A stretch of DNA of 64,000 nt from Patescibacteria group bacterium (GTDB taxonomy: Bacteria; Patescibacteriota; Patescibacteriia; Magasanikbacterales; GWA2-37-8): positions 640,907-704,906 of the forward strand of contig JBAZUP010000001.1 in the NCBI GenBank assembly GCA_041661385.1, given 5' to 3'. The notes beneath the pieces were generated by a model that was not told the origin of the DNA, made no database searches, and saw nothing but the letters and a program-made list of their open reading frames with translations. Below are positions 1 to 9,363 of the stretch, piece after piece. Every line of letters begins with the position of its first letter. Position 1 is the first letter of the stretch. Made by a program: the position numbers and the translations under genes.

Positions 1-102
1 GCCCTAAATAATTTTGATGGAGCAATTATTTTAGTCAGCCATGCCTACGATTTTATTGAAGAAATAAAAATTGATCAAACCTTAGACTTGGGAGCGCTAT
101 AA
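1..102 (+). CDS. ABC-F family ATP-binding protein, C-terminal fragment
   Basis: Frame 1 reads ALNNFDGAIILVSHAYDFIEEI...*, the H-loop ending typical of ABC-F ATPases; truncated by window edge. Confidence 0.7.
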   Translation, partial: ALNNFDGAIILVSHAYDFIEEIKIDQTLDLGAL

Positions 103-134
103 TTTCTAGCGAGCCAACAAACGAAAATTTATTT

Positions 135-434
135 TCACTTGTGGCGAGCGACGTAATTATATACCCGGTGCGAAGCAGCGGGTATATAAAAATTTTTTAT
201 CAAAATTAACTTTTCCGTCCGGGAAAGTTTTTTTATTTTTATTTCTCTTTTCAGAGCAGCGGAAAGAGTTTTGTATTTTTCAAAATATACTAAATTTACC
301 GGCCTACGGCCGCGGGTATACTTTGCACCGGCTTTACCACCATTGTGGTCACTCAATCGTTTTTCAATGTTGTTCGTGTAGCCGGTATAAAGCGAACCAT
401 CAGAACACCTAAGAATGTATACAGTATACTGCAC
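135..434 (-). CDS. GIY-YIG nuclease family protein (YhbQ/UPF0213-like)
   Basis: YVYIL...LYTGYT..RL..HN..GAKYTR...ALKRE..IK motifs. Confidence 0.9.
   Translation of the reverse strand: MQYTVYILRCSDGSLYTGYTNNIEKRLSDHNGGKAGAKYTRGRRPVNLVYFEKYKTLSAALKREIKIKKLSRTEKLILIKNFYIPAASHRVYNYVARHK
159..187. repeat. short REP-like palindrome
   Basis: ATATACCCG-GTGCGAAGCAG-CGGGTATAT inverted repeat inside the 3' tail of the GIY-YIG ORF. Confidence 0.4.
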
Positions 435-554
435 ATTTTTAAATTAAAAATACTCACTTTTGCCCTTATTTTACACGATTTTCTCGTTTGCAGCAATTTA
501 AATTAGTTGCGCACCACTTATCCACCGACTGTGCACTTTTTATCAATATAATCC

Positions 555-582
555 TTGCCAATTATCTCATTGGGTATTTAAT
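555..582 (+). promoter_or_regulatory. putative sigma70 promoter of the SipW/TasA-like operon
   Basis: TTGCCA-16 nt-TTTAAT. Confidence 0.4.
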
Positions 583-891
583 AACGAGATAGTGTGTGAT
601 TTTAATCCACGATTCAACTTCAGCAAAACAAACAAACTGATTGTGGCAGTTTCTGCCGAAAAATCAACAAGCTACTAAGCGAACCCCTAAGTTAATCTTT
701 ACAATTAACTTAGGAGCTCATCTTTCCGACTTAACCGAATATTTATCGCTAAGGTTAATAAAGGAAAATATGAAGCAATGGGCAAATAAAACAAGGAATG
801 TTATCAGATGTTTATATTTGAGAATGTTTCGAACACGCATTAATCCGTCAATGCGGGTATTATTTGTTAATTTTTTTGGATTAATATTTTT

Positions 892-920
892 AAAAAGACA
901 AATTTAGTTTGTCTTTTTTT
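892..920 (+). terminator. intrinsic terminator-like hairpin inside the operon leader
   Basis: AAAAAGACAAA-TTTAG-TTTGTCTTTTTTT. Confidence 0.55.
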
Positions 921-1087
921 ATTATTATTCAAAAAAATTTAATTATTAACTCGGTTAAACAAAGAGGGTGTCACTTCCACCAAACCAAAAGGTCGAATGG
1001 TATGAGGTGATTATTAAAAAAATTTAACCGGCAACCTAGCTGATTTTTATAATAAATAGGAAAAACCAGCGGGATAATAAATATCAT

Positions 1088-1966
1088 ATGAATAAAAAAA
1101 TATTTTTAAGCTTCGCGATGATTGCAGCGGTCGCAGCGATTGGCATTGGCGCTACTACTGCTTTTTTCGCGGATACTGAAACATCAACTGGCAACACTTT
1201 CACAGCCGGTGCGATTGATTTAACTGTTGATAGCACGGCGCACTACGACGGGCTTATTTGCGTGGCAAATATTGATGCGCCCGGCTACCATTGGGCACTC
1301 GAAAATGCGCAAGTACCTTCAACTCGGCCTGATTTGATTGATAAGGCCTGCGGTGGCAGTTGGCTACTTACCAATCTTGGCCCGACCAATCAATTCTTCA
1401 ACATCAGCGACCTCAAACCGGGCGACCAGGGTGAAAATACTATCTCGCTTCACGTCGATAACAACGATGCGTATGCGTGTGCAGATGTAAGAATCACCTC
1501 CAACGCAGAAAACAGTGTTCTTCAACCGGAAATTGCTGTCGGCGACAGCACTACCACTGTTGGAAACTTTGACGGCGAACTAGCACAGAATGTTAATTTC
1601 TTTGCCTGGGCCGATAATGGCGTTACTAGTACTGACGGCCAAATTGGAAAAGGTGACAATGTTTGGCAAGTTGGTGAACCGGCTCTCTTCACAAACGGTG
1701 TTGGCCCTGCGAGTGATGTGCTTGGCGGCAAAAGCTATATGTTAGCTGGCCCCGGTAATGCACTTCCTAGCGGAAGCACCAGTTATATCGGTCTAGCCTG
1801 GTGTGCGGGCAGCATGACTGCCGTTAACGGTGTCATAACTTGTAACGGAGCTGCGATGGGAAATATTACTCAAACTGACTCCATGACTGCAGATGTTACC
1901 TTTCGAGTCGAGCAGGCCAGAAACAACCCAAACTTCACCTGCGTTCTTCCACAACTTGTTGAATAA
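1088..1966 (+). CDS. TasA/camelysin-like protein with SipW-class signal peptide
   Basis: N-term ...GATTAFFADTETSTGNTFTAGAIDL; DLKPGD..ENTISLHVDN motif; adjacent SipW. Confidence 0.85.
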   Translation: MNKKIFLSFAMIAAVAAIGIGATTAFFADTETSTGNTFTAGAIDLTVDSTAHYDGLICVANIDAPGYHWALENAQVPSTRPDLIDKACGGSWLLTNLGPTNQFFNISDLKPGDQGENTISLHVDNNDAYACADVRITSNAENSVLQPEIAVGDSTTTVGNFDGELAQNVNFFAWADNGVTSTDGQIGKGDNVWQVGEPALFTNGVGPASDVLGGKSYMLAGPGNALPSGSTSYIGLAWCAGSMTAVNGVITCNGAAMGNITQTDSMTADVTFRVEQARNNPNFTCVLPQLVE

Positions 1967-2027
1967 TTTATCCTAAGCTTAATTTAGCCTACCCTGATTT
2001 AACTCAGGGTAGGTATACAAGGCGAAT

Positions 2028-3434
2028 ATGAAAAAAATAATAATAAGCCTTGGGATAATCCTGAGTATCGTGGCTGTAATCGGAATAACCGGAACAAGGG
2101 CCTTTCTTTCTGACTCAGAAAAGTCAGTTGGCAACACTTTCACAGCCGGAGCCATTGATCTGAAAGTTGATAATGAAAGCTATTACAACGGCGCTATTTC
2201 GCAAGCGACCACTTTTGGTCCGAGCGACCTAATCGACGGAAAATTGCTTATCAACTTTAGAGATTTGAAACCGGACGACGAAGGTGAAGACACCATTTCT
2301 TTGCATGTGAATAATAATGACGCTTGGCTCTGTATGGATATGTCACTCACCACCAATGACGACATTTCCTCTAATGAGCCAGAGCTCGGAACCGGCGACG
2401 CCCCAGAAGATATCAATAATACCTGGGACGGAGAGCTGGCCGACAATGTGCGAATGATCTGGTGGGCCGATGATGGCGATAATGTGCTTGAAGTCGGAGA
2501 ACCGCTGTTAAATGGCGGGGTCAAAACGGTCAAGGATTTCTTTGGCCCGAACCTGACTTCCTCAATAGATCTCGTTGATGCCACGACCAATGTCTGGAAT
2601 CCAAACCAGTTGGGACCAGCGGTAGGCGGCCAAGATTATTACATCGGCAAAGCCTGGTGTTTTGGCACAATGGCTGAAGCTCGCGTCGCACAAGACGGAC
2701 AAGGCAAATTGCCTGATAGTACCAATGGCCCATTAGTTCGGGGAACCGGCACAACCTGTAATGGCGCCGCTCTCGGCAACCAGACACAGACCGATGGCGT
2801 AACCATGAATATTGCATTCCGAGCAATGCAGGCAAGGCACAACACGGGCTATACCTGTGATACAGAGCAACGCCTGGCAACGATTACTGTCACCAAACAA
2901 ATCATCAATGACAACGGCGGCAACAATGTTGTCGGCGATTACCAGTTGTTTGTCAGTGATGGCGCAAACACCATTCCTCTCACTTCCGGAGTTCCAACTG
3001 TAGTGCCAGTAGGCAACTACATCGTTACGGAGACTGGGGTGCAGGGATATGTCGGTTCCTTCGCGGGACCAGATTGCAACTCAGTAGGCCAAATTACTTT
3101 ACTTGAAGGAGATAGTAAAGCTTGCACGGTCGTAAATAACGACCTGCCGCCGAATATCACTTTGATAAAGAATGTGCTTAGTGGAACAGCCAACCCCTCA
3201 ACCTTTGGGTTGAAGGTCGATGGCGCCTTAGTACAAAATGGCTCATCGGTCGCGGTGACATCCAACGCACCTCATGCGATTACCGAAGACGGCTTACCTG
3301 GTTATACGTTTGTCGGACCAATTACCGGCACCTCTAACTACGGTCAATCCTGCCCGACTACTTTGGGTGGATCCATAACACTAGCCGAAGGCGAAGCGAT
3401 TGTTTGCACTATTAATAACGCTCTAACGCCATAA
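2028..3434 (+). CDS. TasA-like protein with SipW-class signal peptide and two C-terminal Ig/prealbumin-like repeats
   Basis: GTRAFLSDSEKSVGNTFTAGAIDL; paralogous to upstream gene; C-terminal ITVTK...CTVVNND and ITLIKN...CTINN repeats. Confidence 0.85.
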   Translation: MKKIIISLGIILSIVAVIGITGTRAFLSDSEKSVGNTFTAGAIDLKVDNESYYNGAISQATTFGPSDLIDGKLLINFRDLKPDDEGEDTISLHVNNNDAWLCMDMSLTTNDDISSNEPELGTGDAPEDINNTWDGELADNVRMIWWADDGDNVLEVGEPLLNGGVKTVKDFFGPNLTSSIDLVDATTNVWNPNQLGPAVGGQDYYIGKAWCFGTMAEARVAQDGQGKLPDSTNGPLVRGTGTTCNGAALGNQTQTDGVTMNIAFRAMQARHNTGYTCDTEQRLATITVTKQIINDNGGNNVVGDYQLFVSDGANTIPLTSGVPTVVPVGNYIVTETGVQGYVGSFAGPDCNSVGQITLLEGDSKACTVVNNDLPPNITLIKNVLSGTANPSTFGLKVDGALVQNGSSVAVTSNAPHAITEDGLPGYTFVGPITGTSNYGQSCPTTLGGSITLAEGEAIVCTINNALTP

Positions 3435-3549
3435 TAATCTCAAAAAATCCTAAAGGCTAAAAAAGAATACGAATTCTTTGAGGCTGCCCCATCGGACCAA
3501 GGCCGAAAGGGACAGCCGATTGAGGATTTGAAAAACTAACTATAATTAA

Positions 3550-4086
3550 ATGAAAATATTCAATATCATCTATTATTTGTTCTTTGGCTGTATCTGCACG
3601 ATTGCAACTCTTTTACTCGTTTCAATTTTTCCGATTACTGGAAATATCAAAATTATGTCCGTACTTTCCGGTTCAATGGAACCGGCAATCAAGACCGGCA
3701 GTATTGTAATTGTTAAACCGGCCGCAGATTATAAAGTCGGCGACATTATCACCTTCGGTAAGATCAGCAGAACGCAAACCCCAATCACACACCGCATCAA
3801 CGAAATCAAAGGCCTGGGCGCAACACGGATATTTATTACCAAAGGCGACGCTAACAATGCGCCTGATAGCAAAGAAGTAAGGCTGGGTGAAATTGTCGGC
3901 AAAGAAATACTAACCGTTCCATATGTTGGTTACGCTATCAACACCGCCAAAAAACCTTGGGGCTTCGCGCTAATAATTATGATCCCCGCTTTGCTTATAG
4001 TCTTTGATGAAGGGAAAAAAATATGGGATGAAATAATAAAAATAAAAAATAATAAAAAAAATGAAATCCAAAATCAAGAAAATTAA
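3550..4086 (+). CDS. sipW: signal peptidase I, SipW/S26B type
   Basis: VLSGSMEP, GDIITF, ITHRI, TKGDAN motifs (Ser-His dyad); N- and C-terminal TM segments. Confidence 0.93.
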   Translation: MKIFNIIYYLFFGCICTIATLLLVSIFPITGNIKIMSVLSGSMEPAIKTGSIVIVKPAADYKVGDIITFGKISRTQTPITHRINEIKGLGATRIFITKGDANNAPDSKEVRLGEIVGKEILTVPYVGYAINTAKKPWGFALIIMIPALLIVFDEGKKIWDEIIKIKNNKKNEIQNQEN

Positions 4087-6547
4087 AAAAGCTTTAAACA
4101 AAGCCCGCGCAAAAAAACACTCGGTATTTTTAGTGAAACCTGTTGCGTTTGGTTTTTCCCACCGACCACTGATGCGCGTGTGTGCCACAATTTTACTTTT
4201 CACCATGTGCGCGCTGCAATTGCGCGGCGTAAGTGGCACCCGTGCTTTTCTTTCCAATTTAGAAACATCCACCGACAATACTTTTACTGCCGGCACTTTG
4301 GATTTCAGCCTATCTTCGCAAGTCTCAACCACTTCCACCTGCGCCGCTTTTGGTAAACCTATCAAAAAAACTATTAGCATCACCAATCTTGGCAACTCAT
4401 TCCGATATCAGGCGAAAGCCGGCGAATTAGCCGGCGCGGTTTGCGATTATGTCTGGCTAGAAGCCAGTCTCAGCTCCGAATTAAAATATTCTGGACTCGC
4501 CAAAGATTTTGATTATGGCCTGACTGAATTCACTGACCCAAATGCCTGGGGTTTTTCACTATATTTTTCATCTACCACGCCAGCGAACCTGCAAGGACAA
4601 ACTTGTGAATTTAATTTCGATTTTCTGGGTCAGCAAACTCGGAACAATCTGGTATTTCCAACCGGTTTTTCTGATCGAGAAATTTCTACAACAACCTTGC
4701 AAGCGCCATATTGCGAGGATTTTGAAGTTCGTTCCGTGGGATATTGGAGAACCCATTCATCCATTTATCTTCCACTTTTGCCAGTGTTTCTTGGCGCTAC
4801 TACCACCCTACCAAACGGACAACCGACCAGCACCAACGAAATGATCAATACCCAAACCAAGGTAAATAATATCTTCAATGCCTCCAACAGCATAATGCTC
4901 AACAAACTAAAAAAACAATTGCTTGCAATGAAATTTAATATATTTAATTTCCATATTGATGCCTATGTGCCGCCAGAAAGTTCTGATGATATGGATACGA
5001 TTGTGGCACAGGCCGACGCGCTGCTCCGTCGTATCCCAGCAGCTCCCGATACCGAACTGGAGGTAATGAAAAATCTTTTGGAAAGTATTAATATCGCGAT
5101 TTCATTACGGATTTGCACGTGTGAACCACCCCCGCCACCAAACAGTTGCGCGCTGCGCATTACCAAAACATCTAACAAAACAGAAGTTGCGCCGGGCGAT
5201 ATTATAACCTATCATTTAACGCTAGATAACTATGGCACCAAAGTTTGTACTGGTGGCGGCGTACGTATTGATGATAACTACCCCTCTACGCTTGAATATA
5301 TCGGCTATACCGTTAACCGCACTCTCAGCTACGATAATATATCAACAGGAGTTATTGAGTGGAATTTTGGCAATGTCTATCCCAACGATCCGCTGATTGA
5401 AATAGATCTTAAATTGAAAGTTGCTAACAATGCTGATTATACCAAGGCGGCTTGTGGTTCGATTATAACCAACTCGGCCAAATACTGGTCCAACCAAACC
5501 GATTGGGGCACGCCGGTAACCGCTGAAAGCAAGGTTGTCTGCTCGGCGCCGGGAACACCAACGGTCGTCCTCAATGAATTTTTACCAAACCCCATCGGTG
5601 CGGATAACGCGAATAAACCCGGCGGCGAATGGATAGAACTTTACAACCTAAGCACCAGTTCTGTTGATGTGAACGGCTGGGCGCTTTACGACGAATCCGA
5701 TTTACATAAACTCCTCATCACGCCGGCAATTACTAACACCGGATTAACCGTGATTCCTGGAGGCGGGTTCTTGGTAGTTTATCGCAACGGTAGTTCAAGT
5801 TTTGCTCTGGATAATGTTGGCGGGGATTCAGTCCGACTATTTGATGGTCAAATTTCGAATGGCGCAAATTTAATTGATTCATTTGTTTACTCGGAAGACG
5901 CGCCCGCAGGCAAATCTTTCGCCCGCATTCCTGATGGTTCCAGCAATTGGGTTGATCCAACCCCGACTCCTGGTGAAGAAAACTCTTTACTCGACGCCTT
6001 TGCTTTCTTCGGCCCGGCTGTACCAGAAGAAGGTGAAGACGATTATATTGCACTCATACCAGAACAAATTACTACCGATTCGTTAGCAACAAAAACAAGC
6101 AGTGTCATCATTGAACCAACAACTACTTTAGAAATAGTAACTAGTAGTGAGATCATTGCACCGGTGACCACCTCAACTGAGCCAGTAACAGAAATTTTAA
6201 TAAATAATTCCCCGGACCAAGGTGCGACATCTTCGCCGATGACTACTTCGTCCACGGTAAGTTTACCAACCGCAGAGCCGACTGTGCCGCTTGATGAAAT
6301 AGCAACTCCGCCAATCCAAGAACCGGTAGTTGCGCCTATTATTGAAACAACAATCATACCGGAACCAACTGAACAATCGACAGCTCCAACTACCGAAACA
6401 ATCGAGCCGGTTACTACCCCGGAAACACCGGTGATTCCAGAAAATACAAGCGACACAATTCAAGTCGAAAGCCCGATTGCTACAATGCCACCAGAAGCAA
6501 TAATACCAACGGCACCAACGGTAACCGATAACGGCTCCGGTGCATAA
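4061..6547 (+). CDS. SipW-substrate surface protein with DUF11-like and lamin-tail domains and a Pro/Thr/Glu-rich tail
   Basis: GTRAFLSNLETSTDNTFTAGTLDF; LRITKTSNKTEVAPGDIITYHL (DUF11-like); VVLNEFLPNP...EWIELYN...PTPGEEN (LTD). Confidence 0.8.
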   Translation: MKSKIKKIKKALNKARAKKHSVFLVKPVAFGFSHRPLMRVCATILLFTMCALQLRGVSGTRAFLSNLETSTDNTFTAGTLDFSLSSQVSTTSTCAAFGKPIKKTISITNLGNSFRYQAKAGELAGAVCDYVWLEASLSSELKYSGLAKDFDYGLTEFTDPNAWGFSLYFSSTTPANLQGQTCEFNFDFLGQQTRNNLVFPTGFSDREISTTTLQAPYCEDFEVRSVGYWRTHSSIYLPLLPVFLGATTTLPNGQPTSTNEMINTQTKVNNIFNASNSIMLNKLKKQLLAMKFNIFNFHIDAYVPPESSDDMDTIVAQADALLRRIPAAPDTELEVMKNLLESINIAISLRICTCEPPPPPNSCALRITKTSNKTEVAPGDIITYHLTLDNYGTKVCTGGGVRIDDNYPSTLEYIGYTVNRTLSYDNISTGVIEWNFGNVYPNDPLIEIDLKLKVANNADYTKAACGSIITNSAKYWSNQTDWGTPVTAESKVVCSAPGTPTVVLNEFLPNPIGADNANKPGGEWIELYNLSTSSVDVNGWALYDESDLHKLLITPAITNTGLTVIPGGGFLVVYRNGSSSFALDNVGGDSVRLFDGQISNGANLIDSFVYSEDAPAGKSFARIPDGSSNWVDPTPTPGEENSLLDAFAFFGPAVPEEGEDDYIALIPEQITTDSLATKTSSVIIEPTTTLEIVTSSEIIAPVTTSTEPVTEILINNSPDQGATSSPMTTSSTVSLPTAEPTVPLDEIATPPIQEPVVAPIIETTIIPEPTEQSTAPTTETIEPVTTPETPVIPENTSDTIQVESPIATMPPEAIIPTAPTVTDNGSGA

Positions 6548-6558
6548 AAAATAATAAA

Positions 6559-7695
6559 ATGAAAACATCCGAACTAAAATTCCAACTCCTAAAATTATCC
6601 GCGCTTGTTGTCGCGTGGTTATTTGTATTCAATCCATTACCCGCAAAAGCTGGCAACATCGCTGATATATATTTTGAACAGTCACCGCTGTTTGGGTCAA
6701 CAGATATTGTACCAGGTGATACCGTTGCGAAGTGGGTAAGGGTAATAAATAAAGTGAATGATAATCTAATCGTGACGACTGCGGCTTCTAGTGTAATTAA
6801 TGATGATCATTTAGGTGATCGGCTAAATTTAATAATTAAAAAAAATGGCGTTCTAATTTATTCCGGAACAATGTCAGAATTTTTCACAGCCTCTGAAACG
6901 ATACTCGGCACCATAGCTCCTTACCAAACCGGTCAATATTATTTTACCGTGTCATTCGATAATGCTGCGGGAAATAATTTTCAAGAAAAAACCTTATCTT
7001 TTGATATTGCCGTTTCCGCCCAAGTTTCAGAATCAATTGGCGGCGAAACCCAGGCACCTCAAGGTGGTAGCTCCGGCAACAGTGAATATATTATCAGCGA
7101 TTTAAATTTAACAAATATCAGCGCAAACCTTGTATCAAATCTTTCCACTTCTTCTATCACTATTACTTGGCTTACCAATAAGGCGGCTACATCACGGGTT
7201 GTATATGATACTGTGCCGCACCCCGATCTATCTATGGCTCTGCCACCAAATTACGGATATGCTTCTTCCACCATGCTTGATACAAATAAAGTTACGAGCC
7301 ATTCCGTCACAATTTCCGGATTACTCCTCGGGCAAGCATATTATCTAAGGCCGATTTCTGCAGCATCGCCGGAAAAATTTGGAGCCGAGTTGGCAGTCAT
7401 ACCAAGTGGCGCGGAGCAAATAAATAATACCCAAACTTATAAAAATAACAGCGCAACATATGTTCCAGCTGAATCGCCGGAGAATGAAATCAAAAATATA
7501 AAAATTGCACAAACTGTCCCGATTGCTTCGCCAAGGAGTGAAATCAAAGGCATAAAAATTTCCCGTACTTCCGGCGCCAATAACTTAACCGAATCTGGAA
7601 TCGGCCCTCTGGAGATTGTCTTTTCGGGAGTAAGCATCCTGATTTTGTTTTCTCTCAGAATATTATTAAAGAAAAATAGCGTAGTTACAGATTGA
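6559..7695 (+). CDS. secreted TasA-like/FnIII protein with C-terminal membrane anchor
   Basis: Signal peptide; PGDTVAKWVRV..N; ITITWLTNKAATSRVVY..HSVTISGL (FnIII-like); LTESG + TM + KK. Confidence 0.7.
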   Translation: MKTSELKFQLLKLSALVVAWLFVFNPLPAKAGNIADIYFEQSPLFGSTDIVPGDTVAKWVRVINKVNDNLIVTTAASSVINDDHLGDRLNLIIKKNGVLIYSGTMSEFFTASETILGTIAPYQTGQYYFTVSFDNAAGNNFQEKTLSFDIAVSAQVSESIGGETQAPQGGSSGNSEYIISDLNLTNISANLVSNLSTSSITITWLTNKAATSRVVYDTVPHPDLSMALPPNYGYASSTMLDTNKVTSHSVTISGLLLGQAYYLRPISAASPEKFGAELAVIPSGAEQINNTQTYKNNSATYVPAESPENEIKNIKIAQTVPIASPRSEIKGIKISRTSGANNLTESGIGPLEIVFSGVSILILFSLRILLKKNSVVTD

Positions 7696-7719
7696 GATTT
7701 TTTCTGTTTAAAAATAATA

Positions 7720-7749
7720 GGCCCTAGGTGCAATTCGCACCTAGGGCCG
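7720..7749. terminator. bidirectional terminator hairpin
   Basis: GGCCCTAGGTGC-AATTC-GCACCTAGGGCC between convergent genes. Confidence 0.75.
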
Positions 7750-7766
7750 GTCTCCCGATTTGGGAG

Positions 7767-8975
7767 TTACTTCTTCTCCCCCGTTGTGGTGAGCCTCGCG
7801 TCTTCGGCCACCTTTACGCGGTCGAATACATAAACGCACTTCTCACCTTCGGCAGCGCCGCAGGGGTTGTCTTTCCTCTCCTTCACTTTCACCCAGTGAC
7901 CAGTGTCCTTGAGGACGCTGATCTTGGGCACATCGAGCCGGATCTTTTCTTCCACCTTCGGTTCAGGCTTCACTTCAACCTTCACCTCGGGCTTCTTGCT
8001 TGCAAGCTCGATGTCTGCAACCTTCAACGCGGAATTCACGTCGTACACGCAGTCAACAGCGACCACGCCAACGACACCGAGTGAAGAGTTGTTTGAAAGG
8101 CCGAGCCCTACACCAAGCGCCTTGTCGGCGGCATAGTTTGCAGCTCCGCTCGAGCTACCCCCTTGGCCATCTTGGCCGACCGTGAGGTAGACCTGATGAC
8201 CGTAGACGGTGACAATCTTGCGATTGAACGGAGCCGGGATGAGAACCTCATCCACCAGGAACGGCTTTTCATTGTCGAAACCATCGAGCATGCCGTGCAT
8301 CGTCTGCACGCGAACACCCGTCTGCCACAGACCAAAGATCTGTGGAACATGAGCATTGCGCTCGAATGGGCGAACCATGACCCTACGGCCGCAGTCGCCC
8401 ATCTTCTCGAGACGAACACCGCCCATGGCGATGGTGGTCGGAAGCGACGGCGGCTGCACCGGGAAGAAAGTGAGCTCCCGGCTGTTGTCGACATTGGTCG
8501 TGGTCTGATTGACCACCGCACCTCCGCCATTGCCGGAGTTTTCCACCTTCGCCTTGCCGCCCTCAGCGTTTCCGCCAGTTGCATTTCCGCCGGCAGCATT
8601 GCCACCCGCGCCACCAGCACCTCCTTGCGAGGTGGAAGAAGACGAGGCGTCGCCTGTCCTCACATCTCCGGTATGAACCGAAGTGTTCTGGTCACCAGTG
8701 GTGGAGGTCGAGGTAGAACCCGACTGTGCGTTGCCGCCAGTTGCCGTCGAAGCAGAGTTCGACGCCGAGTTGGCATTCGCGGTGACCTGTTGATTCTGGT
8801 CTTGAGACTGATGTTGGTTCTGATCCTGCTTCTGGTTCTGAGTCTGGGTCTGATTCAGGTTGCACGGCTTTCCCTTGGGGTGGCCGTGCTTTTCATCATC
8901 GCAGGCGAAAGCCGACGAAACGAAAAGGAATTGAACGAAAACCGCGAACACTGCCGCAAGCATCTTTTTTGACAT
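7767..8975 (-). CDS. secreted low-complexity (Q/N/S/G-rich) hypothetical protein
   Basis: Start MSKKMLAAVF preceded by GGAGG; signal peptide; QNQ and GGNA repeats; GC-richer than neighbours. Confidence 0.75.
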   Translation of the reverse strand: MSKKMLAAVFAVFVQFLFVSSAFACDDEKHGHPKGKPCNLNQTQTQNQKQDQNQHQSQDQNQQVTANANSASNSASTATGGNAQSGSTSTSTTGDQNTSVHTGDVRTGDASSSSTSQGGAGGAGGNAAGGNATGGNAEGGKAKVENSGNGGGAVVNQTTTNVDNSRELTFFPVQPPSLPTTIAMGGVRLEKMGDCGRRVMVRPFERNAHVPQIFGLWQTGVRVQTMHGMLDGFDNEKPFLVDEVLIPAPFNRKIVTVYGHQVYLTVGQDGQGGSSSGAANYAADKALGVGLGLSNNSSLGVVGVVAVDCVYDVNSALKVADIELASKKPEVKVEVKPEPKVEEKIRLDVPKISVLKDTGHWVKVKERKDNPCGAAEGEKCVYVFDRVKVAEDARLTTTGEKK

Positions 8976-9053
8976 CGAACTGCCTCCGTGGGTGAAAATC
9001 GATTGACCATCAACTTTCTTCATTGCGCAATTGTTGCTTTTGCACAACTGAAG

Positions 9054-9082
9054 ATTCTATCATTTTTTTACCATATTGTCAA
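9054..9082 (-). promoter_or_regulatory. sigma70 promoter
   Basis: TTGACA-17 nt-TAGAAT with TGn extended -10 on the minus strand. Confidence 0.7.
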
Positions 9083-9255
9083 TGATATATCGATATATTT
9101 AACTGAGCTCCAATCGTATTATCAACCGTAGAATTACCCCAAATCACTTAAAAACCGCCCTTACTTGGTTTATGCACCCTGTTCTACCCTTGATTTTTCA
9201 AAATATTTATGCTATTCTAGTCAAACAAAAATTGATGTTTTTACGCTAATAAAGC

Positions 9256-9341
9256 GGAGAGGTGGCCGAGCGGTTTAAGGCAACAGTCTTGAAAACTGTC
9301 GTGCCTAATAAGCACCGTGAGTTCGAATCTCACCCTCTCCG
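9256..9341 (+). tRNA. tRNA-Ser(UGA)
   Basis: Cloverleaf GGAGAGG..., anticodon loop CTTGAAA, long variable arm, GTTCGAATC. Confidence 0.97.
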
Positions 9342-9363
9342 CTTTGTTAGTAATAAACGGAGA

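Noticed and set aside
641-907. 88-aa ORF, or a c-di-GMP/c-di-AMP riboswitch, in the operon leader
   Set aside because: TTG start, no protein features, and it overlaps hairpins. The aptamer consensus sequences were not found.
8108-8972. Long alternative ORFs (8163-8972 +, 8108-8620 -)
   Set aside because: Shadow frames of a GC-rich gene; the minus-strand ORF has the promoter, SD and signal peptide.
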